Shown piece after piece: positions 15,509 through 20,626 of a DNA stretch of 20,626 nt (position 1 is its first letter; every line of letters starts with the position of its first letter). Under the pieces are notes generated by a model. That model had not been told where the DNA came from, ran no database searches, and was given only the letters and a program-made list of their open reading frames with translations. Source of the DNA: Candidatus Margulisiibacteriota bacterium (GTDB lineage: Bacteria > Margulisbacteria > WOR-1 > O2-12-FULL-45-9). Location: NCBI GenBank assembly GCA_043816785.1, contig JBDRHP010000016.1:1-20626 (forward strand), given 5' to 3'. The position numbers and the translations under genes were made by a program.

Positions 15509-17061
15509 TGCAAAAGCACGATTTGGTAGTAGTCCTCGACTTTGGCGCTCAGTATTCCATGCTGATCGCCAGACGCGTGCGTGAATGCAATGTTTACTGC
15601 GAAGTCCTGCCCCACGACATTCCTGTTGCTGAACTTAAAAAAAGAAATGTCAAAGGCATAATCGTTTCCGGCGGGCCAGCTTCGGTTTATGAACAAGAAT
15701 CCCCCAAACCTGATCCAAAACTCTGGGACTGTGGCATCCCGATCCTCGGTATTTGCTATGGACTGCAATTAATGGCCAAGGACCTGGGTGGCGAGGTGCG
15801 GCAGGAAAAAAGAAAAGAATACGGCAAAGCGCTGCTGGAGATCGACGATGAGAGCAACATTTTTGCCGGCCTGCCCAATCACCTCCAATCCTGGATGAGC
15901 CACGGGGATACAGTTGTAAAACTGCCGCAGGGCTTTAAACAACTTGCCCACACAGAAAATACTCAGTTCGCTTCGATCGGCAATCCTGACAAAAAGCTCT
16001 TTGGCGTCCAATTCCATCCGGAAGTCGTTCACACGCCCAAGGGCATTGAGATCCTGAAAAATTTTGTTTATATCATCTGCCAGTGCAAACCAACCTGGAC
16101 CACCGCTAACTTCATTGAACAGCAGATCAAGGAAATTAGAGAGAAAGTCGGCAAAGATAAAGTCCTGTTAGCACTGTCTGGTGGTGTTGATTCAACAACT
16201 GTAGCGGCCCTGATGCACAAAGCCATCGGAGACCAGCTGATCTGCATGTTCATTGACCAGGGTTTTATGCGCAAAAACGAAGCTAAGAAGATAAATGACC
16301 TTTTTACTTCAAAGTTTAAAATAAATTTTCTCCATATCAACGCCTCTGAAAAGTTTTTTGACCAGTTAAAAGCGGTAATTGATCCGGAGAAAAAAAGAAA
16401 AATTATCGGTGAAAACTTTATCCGCACCTTTGAAGTTGAAGCCAAAAAATTAGGGGATATCCCCTATCTGGCTCAAGGCACCCTCTATCCTGATGTGATT
16501 GAGAGCGCGGTACCAGGGACAACTACCGGCAAAGTCGCCAAGAAGATAAAAACCCATCACAATGTTGGCGGCTTACCAGAAAAGATGGGCTTTAAGCTGA
16601 TCGAGCCATTGCGGTTGCTATTTAAAGATGAGGTTAGGGCAATAGGGACAGAATTAGGTGTGCCTGATGAAATTATCAGCCGCCAGCCCTTCCCTGGCCC
16701 TGGACTTTCCATCCGCATTATTGGTGAGGTAACCAAGGAACGGGTAGAGATACTGCAGGCAGTCGATGATATCGTGGTCGGAGAGATAAAACAGGCCGGC
16801 CTTTACAAAAAGGTCTGGCAATCCTTTGCCGTGCTGCTGCCGATCAGAACCGTAGGAGTTATGGGAGACAAAAGAACATATTTAAACACTGTGGCCATCC
16901 GGGCTGTGAACTCCTCGGACGCAATGACTGCGGATTGGGCCAGATTACCTTATGACCTGTTGGAAAAAATATCGAACAGAATTGTCAATGAAACCCCGGA
17001 AGTCAACCGCGTGGTCTATGATATTTCCTCCAAGCCGCCTTCGACTATTGAGTGGGAGTAA
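15508..17061 (+). CDS. guaA: GMP synthase (glutamine-hydrolysing)
   Basis: Motifs [45 protein letters not shown] and KPPSTIEWE. Confidence 0.99.
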   Translation: MQKHDLVVVLDFGAQYSMLIARRVRECNVYCEVLPHDIPVAELKKRNVKGIIVSGGPASVYEQESPKPDPKLWDCGIPILGICYGLQLMAKDLGGEVRQEKRKEYGKALLEIDDESNIFAGLPNHLQSWMSHGDTVVKLPQGFKQLAHTENTQFASIGNPDKKLFGVQFHPEVVHTPKGIEILKNFVYIICQCKPTWTTANFIEQQIKEIREKVGKDKVLLALSGGVDSTTVAALMHKAIGDQLICMFIDQGFMRKNEAKKINDLFTSKFKINFLHINASEKFFDQLKAVIDPEKKRKIIGENFIRTFEVEAKKLGDIPYLAQGTLYPDVIESAVPGTTTGKVAKKIKTHHNVGGLPEKMGFKLIEPLRLLFKDEVRAIGTELGVPDEIISRQPFPGPGLSIRIIGEVTKERVEILQAVDDIVVGEIKQAGLYKKVWQSFAVLLPIRTVGVMGDKRTYLNTVAIRAVNSSDAMTADWARLPYDLLEKISNRIVNETPEVNRVVYDISSKPPSTIEWE

Positions 17062-17205
17062 CGGCGGTCTTTAGACCGCCATTCTTCGAAGGTTTTTGTA
17101 ACCGCCATTCCCTTGAATCCGTTGAAGAATTAAATGGCAACCTAAAGGTTGCCGCCACATATTCATAATTTTAAAATAATGTAGCGGCGATCTTTAGATC
17201 GCCAT
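17058..17205. repeat. REP cluster on the guaA side (3 full copies, 1 relic)
   Basis: 17058-17082 (+) GTAACGGCGGTCTTTAGACCGCCAT; 17134-17158 (-) GTGGCGGCAACCTTTAGGTTGCCAT; 17181-17205 (+) GTAGCGGCGATCTTTAGATCGCCAT; relic gtaaccgccattc at 17098-17110. Confidence 0.92.
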
Positions 17206-17217
17206 TCCTTATAGAAA

Positions 17218-17742
17218 TCACAAACGCATCAAATCAATATCAATATTACTTTTTTGAGCATACATTTCGTAGAACTGATCCAACTCAAACATAAATGAGC
17301 CCAAATACGGATATTCCCTAAAATCATCCACCATTTTCTTTCTCACGGGATTATAAAAAATATACCCGGCAATATCATTAATTTGTTTTTCTTTTCTTAT
17401 CACATGATCAAAATAACTTCCTTGCCATAATTTTTTGCCATTTTGCTTTTTAAAATAATAGCTGCTCTTCTGCTTAAACATCTTCATAAATTTAACAAGA
17501 TCAGCATCTTCATCACTGATTAGCAATAAATGCAGATGGTCAGGCATAAAACAATAGGCGTATATTGTAAACAAGAATCCATCAGCTTCTTGCTTTAAAC
17601 AACATAAAACATCTTTGACTGCTTCTTCGCAAGTAAAAAATGACTGTTTTTCAAAGGTACAAATTGTGATGAAATACACATAACTACCCTTATAGTCAAA
17701 ATATTTAATCCTATTTCTTCTTCTTTTGAAATTTACATTCAT
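17218..17742 (-). CDS. rayT: REP-associated tyrosine transposase (RAYT/TnpA-REP, IS200-like Y1 HUH)
   Basis: Motifs RRNRIKYFDY...YFITICT, YCFMPDHLHLL (HUH), LWQGSYFDHVIR and YIFYNPV (catalytic Tyr). Flanked by GTAG REPs. No tnpB nearby. Confidence 0.92.
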   Translation of the reverse strand: MNVNFKRRRNRIKYFDYKGSYVYFITICTFEKQSFFTCEEAVKDVLCCLKQEADGFLFTIYAYCFMPDHLHLLLISDEDADLVKFMKMFKQKSSYYFKKQNGKKLWQGSYFDHVIRKEKQINDIAGYIFYNPVRKKMVDDFREYPYLGSFMFELDQFYEMYAQKSNIDIDLMRL

Positions 17743-17755
17743 TTCTTTAGTGTAT

Positions 17756-17881
17756 ATGGCAACCTAAAGGTTGCCGCTACAAATTTACACTTCCTGAACA
17801 ATGTAGCGGCGGTCTTTAGACCGCCATGCTATTTTTGGCGACCTAGGCGACCTATATCTATGGCAACCTAAAGGTTGCCAT
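17756..17881. repeat. REP cluster on the mltG side (3 copies, 2 half copies)
   Basis: 17756-17780 (-) GTAGCGGCAACCTTTAGGTTGCCAT; 17803-17827 (+) GTAGCGGCGGTCTTTAGACCGCCAT; ggcgaccta x2 at 17837-17854; 17860-17881 atggcaacct-aa-aggttgccat (no GTAG). Confidence 0.92.
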
Positions 17882-17888
17882 TTAATTT

Positions 17889-18926
17889 TTATTCTGCTGC
17901 GCCATATTTATTCTTTGCGCGATTGTGGTCTTTTAAATTAGAAGAAAAAACGTGGGTCCCATCTCTTTTTGAGACAAAGTATAAATAATTGGTTTTCGCC
18001 GGATAAATAGCCGCTTTAATAGAATCAATCCCCGGGTTACAAATCGGCCCGGGCGGCAAACCGCGGTGCCTATATGTGTTGTAAGGGGATTTCACATTTA
18101 ATTGTTCATATGAAACAACCTTAGTAGGGTCATCCAAGGCATATTTGATCGTAGCGCAGGAATCCAAAGCCATTTTAATATCAAGCCGATTGTGAAAAAC
18201 AGAGGAAATAATCGGCCGCTCAGCCGGATTGGCAGCTTCTTTTTCAATAATTGAAGCCAAAGTCAAGATTTCATGTAAATTATACTTAGTATCCTTCTTT
18301 ACCTTAGACCAATATGGCATAACCACCGCGTCAAAACGATCGAGCATTCTTATCACCAAATCTTCAGCCTTTGCACTGGAAAAGAACATATAAGTATCTG
18401 GATAAAGATAGCCTTCTAAAGACTCAGAGGGAATATATTTAAAGATATGCCAATATTTCTCTCTAATTGGTTCTGTTATGCCCTCTTTTACCAAACCCTT
18501 GAATTTTTTTGGATCACTCACTCCTTGCTTTTTCAAAACCTCACCCATCCTGTAAATCGACGCGCCCTCAGGAAAAGTCACCTCAACCTGCTCAGACGGC
18601 ACAACCTCACCGCGCTTTAACTTCATCAGGATAGTAAAAAGATTATCCGAGGGCGAAAAAAGGTAGTCACCGGCTTGAATGCCGCGTGACAGGCTGAGGA
18701 TCCTGGCAGCAAAAGAAAAGCTGCTAACTGGTTTTAATATCCCTTTCTGCTGCAGGATCTTTTGCACTGCATAAGTAGAAGCCCCGCGAGGGATCGCTAT
18801 TTTATATTTTGTCTGATCAAGTGGATTTGTGGATTGAAAAAGAGAAGCCATAAATAAGACAATAATTACCGCCAGCGAAATTACTAGTCCCAAGACAATC
18901 CTTCTATTTCGAATTTTCTTTTTCAT
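17889..18926 (-). CDS. mltG: Endolytic transglycosylase MltG (YceG family)
   Basis: N-terminal TM; motifs VTFPEG, LEGYLYPDTY, LASIIEKE, SVFHNRL and SPYNTY..GLPPGPICNPG. Confidence 0.96.
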   Translation of the reverse strand: MKKKIRNRRIVLGLVISLAVIIVLFMASLFQSTNPLDQTKYKIAIPRGASTYAVQKILQQKGILKPVSSFSFAARILSLSRGIQAGDYLFSPSDNLFTILMKLKRGEVVPSEQVEVTFPEGASIYRMGEVLKKQGVSDPKKFKGLVKEGITEPIREKYWHIFKYIPSESLEGYLYPDTYMFFSSAKAEDLVIRMLDRFDAVVMPYWSKVKKDTKYNLHEILTLASIIEKEAANPAERPIISSVFHNRLDIKMALDSCATIKYALDDPTKVVSYEQLNVKSPYNTYRHRGLPPGPICNPGIDSIKAAIYPAKTNYLYFVSKRDGTHVFSSNLKDHNRAKNKYGAAE

Positions 18927-19342
18927 CTTCGTTTAGTGTCCAAATAACTCTGTAGCATATGGGCCGCGGCTGATCTATCAATAACTTTCTTGCGTTTCTT
19001 CCGGGAAAGCCCGGCTGAGATCAGAACCCGTTCCGCAGAAACCGTGGTCAATCTCTCATCCCAGGTTGTGATCTGGACCGGCAATTTATCATTTAGAGCA
19101 GCAACAAACTCAAGGACCTTTTTGGCCTGGGGCCCAATTTCGCCTTTCATGGTCTTGGGCAAACCAACCACGATCTCATCAATCCCTTCATACTGCTTTA
19201 TTATCTTGTTAAGCTCGCTGATATCCTGGTCAATGGTCTCGCCTTTATTGATCACTGCCACAGCCTGAGCAGTAAAACCCAGGGGATCAGAGATCGCAAT
19301 GCCCAAACGTTTCTCTCCGTGGTCTATCCCTAGAATGCGCAT
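18923..19342 (-). CDS. ruvX: Pre-16S rRNA nuclease YqgF / Holliday junction resolvase-like RuvX
   Basis: Motifs MRILGIDHGEKRLGIAISD, VVGLP, WDERLTT and IDRSAA..MLQSYLD. Typical alaS-ruvX-mltG synteny. Confidence 0.96.
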   Translation of the reverse strand: MRILGIDHGEKRLGIAISDPLGFTAQAVAVINKGETIDQDISELNKIIKQYEGIDEIVVGLPKTMKGEIGPQAKKVLEFVAALNDKLPVQITTWDERLTTVSAERVLISAGLSRKKRKKVIDRSAAAHMLQSYLDTKRR

Positions 19343-20626
19343 TTATTTGCCTAGCAACTCCAGGACCTTGGCAAAGGCTTCCGGCAGCCTGGTCGGGTCT
19401 TTGCCGCCACCCTCAACCTTGCCTTCCCTGCCCCCGCCTTTCCCCTGGATAAGCGGCCCAAAGACATCTGAAATCTTCCTGGCAGAGTAGCCGGCATCAA
19501 CCAGGTCCTGGGTAACGGTGATCAAAAATCTTACTTGTCCGGGAAAAGAAGAAGCTAAAACAATTATGCAAGACTTGGCTTCTTGCTGAACAGTATCAGA
19601 AACCGAACGAAGCATATCCATTGAATACTCTTTAAAATCCTTAAGCAGGACCTTAACCCCGGCCGCTTCTTTTAGTTCGCTAAGATAGCCAGCCGCCTGG
19701 CCCTTGGCATTGCTTAGTTTAAGGTCCCTGATTTCCTTTTCAGCTTTAGCGATCCTTTCCCGCAGCCATTCCGCCCTGCCCTCAAGATGGTCAAGGAATT
19801 TATTAACGTTAACCGAATCCTGATTATCAACCGCGGCCATTAAGCGGTCAAGCTCTGTCAATTCAACCTGAAAAATACTCGTTTCAGTAAATTTTTTGCC
19901 GCCAAGCCTTTCCTTCTCTATTTCCAGCAAGCGGTATTTTCTGATCGACGCTTCAATTTCGTCCCGCAAGGACTTGGCCCTAAAAACAACGAAAACCTTG
20001 GCCGCCTGGCCAGCCACAGCTTCAATTCGCCGGATGCTTGCCCCGAGAGCCCCTTCACTCATGATCTTAAAAAATAAAATATCGCCGGTTGATCTGGCAT
20101 GGGTTCCGCCGCACAGCTCCAGGCTGTAATCCCCGATCTTTAAGACCCTGACCTTATCCCCGTATTTTTCGCCAAAAAGAGCCATGGCTCCCATTTTAAC
20201 GGCATCCTTATATGATTTCTCAAGCACTTCTACCTTGATCTTTTCGTGGATCTTTTGGTTGACCTTGGCTTCCACCCGGCTGATCTCGTCATGAGACAGG
20301 CCGGAAAAATGACTGAAGTCGAAACGCAATTTGTCTGAGCCAACATAAGAACCAGCTTGTTTAACATGATCGCCCAGGACTTCACGCAAAACTTTATGGA
20401 GCAGGTGGGTGGCAGTATGATGGAGTTCAGTCGCAGCTCTCTTTGCCGTATCAATCGTAGCCTTAACTTTGATCTTTTCTTTCAAATCATGGAGCTCGGA
20501 AACTTCGTGAACAATCGTGCCCTTAGGCGTAAGCAAAGTGTCAACCACCCTGACCTCTTTTGAGCCAATCGCCAGGATCCCGGTATCCCCCACCTGGCCG
20601 CCGCTTTCACCATAAAATGGCGTCTT
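19343..20626 (-). CDS. alaS: Alanine--tRNA ligase, C-terminal part (5' end outside the window)
   Basis: Motifs TPFYGESGGQVGDTG, HTATHLLH, QAGS, LRFDFSH, GAMALFGEKYG, ELCGGTH, IRRIEAV and DHHA1 GKGGG. Confidence 0.98.
   Translation of the reverse strand, partial: KTPFYGESGGQVGDTGILAIGSKEVRVVDTLLTPKGTIVHEVSELHDLKEKIKVKATIDTAKRAATELHHTATHLLHKVLREVLGDHVKQAGSYVGSDKLRFDFSHFSGLSHDEISRVEAKVNQKIHEKIKVEVLEKSYKDAVKMGAMALFGEKYGDKVRVLKIGDYSLELCGGTHARSTGDILFFKIMSEGALGASIRRIEAVAGQAAKVFVVFRAKSLRDEIEASIRKYRLLEIEKERLGGKKFTETSIFQVELTELDRLMAAVDNQDSVNVNKFLDHLEGRAEWLRERIAKAEKEIRDLKLSNAKGQAAGYLSELKEAAGVKVLLKDFKEYSMDMLRSVSDTVQQEAKSCIIVLASSFPGQVRFLITVTQDLVDAGYSARKISDVFGPLIQGKGGGREGKVEGGGKDPTRLPEAFAKVLELLGK

Larger units (their letters stand above)
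17058..17881. mobile_element. REPtron: RAYT gene with flanking REP arrays, between convergent guaA and mltG
   Basis: AT-rich HUH transposase CDS bracketed by three REPs on each side. Confidence 0.85.

Noticed and set aside
17218..17742. IS200/IS605 element with TnpB or an omega-RNA
   Set aside because: No tnpB/iscB ORF and no room for one. Motifs and multiple GTAG hairpins fit RAYT.
17058..17881. CRISPR array interpretation of the 25-bp repeats
   Set aside because: Copies alternate in orientation and subtype, spacers are 22-51 nt and irregular, there are no cas genes, and the repeats flank a RAYT.

Overview
Mostly housekeeping bacterial chromosome. Minus strand: aroQ - single-domain M24 peptidase - ispD - DUF212 - dxs (dxs runs off the left edge). 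Plus strand: class A PBP and a phosphohexomutase. Minus strand: glyA, ftsE, ftsX, PrsA/SurA-like PPIase with TPRs, a vWA lipoprotein and a coiled-coil/beta-barrel secreted protein. Plus strand: YgiT-type zinc finger - GuaB3-type IMPDH - guaA. Minus strand: alaS (partial) - ruvX/yqgF - mltG. The GuaB3-type IMPDH, DUF212 and probable outer-membrane protein suggest a diderm relative of Cyanobacteria such as Saganbacteria/Margulisbacteria (inference only). One accessory element, an AT-rich REP-associated tyrosine transposase (RAYT) flanked by six REPs of two alternating subtypes, sits at the guaA 3' end. The most unusual signal is at small scale. (i) An identical 20-bp perfect palindrome, CCTGCCTGCCGGCAGGCAGG, lies inside two unrelated hairpins, and deleting it restores each host hairpin exactly. 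(ii) The aroQ operon leader is a nested multi-hairpin. (iii) Degenerate 7-mer tandem repeats are read in frame within loops of dxs and ispD. (iv) Several genes look leaderless. No rRNA, tRNA or CRISPR array was seen.
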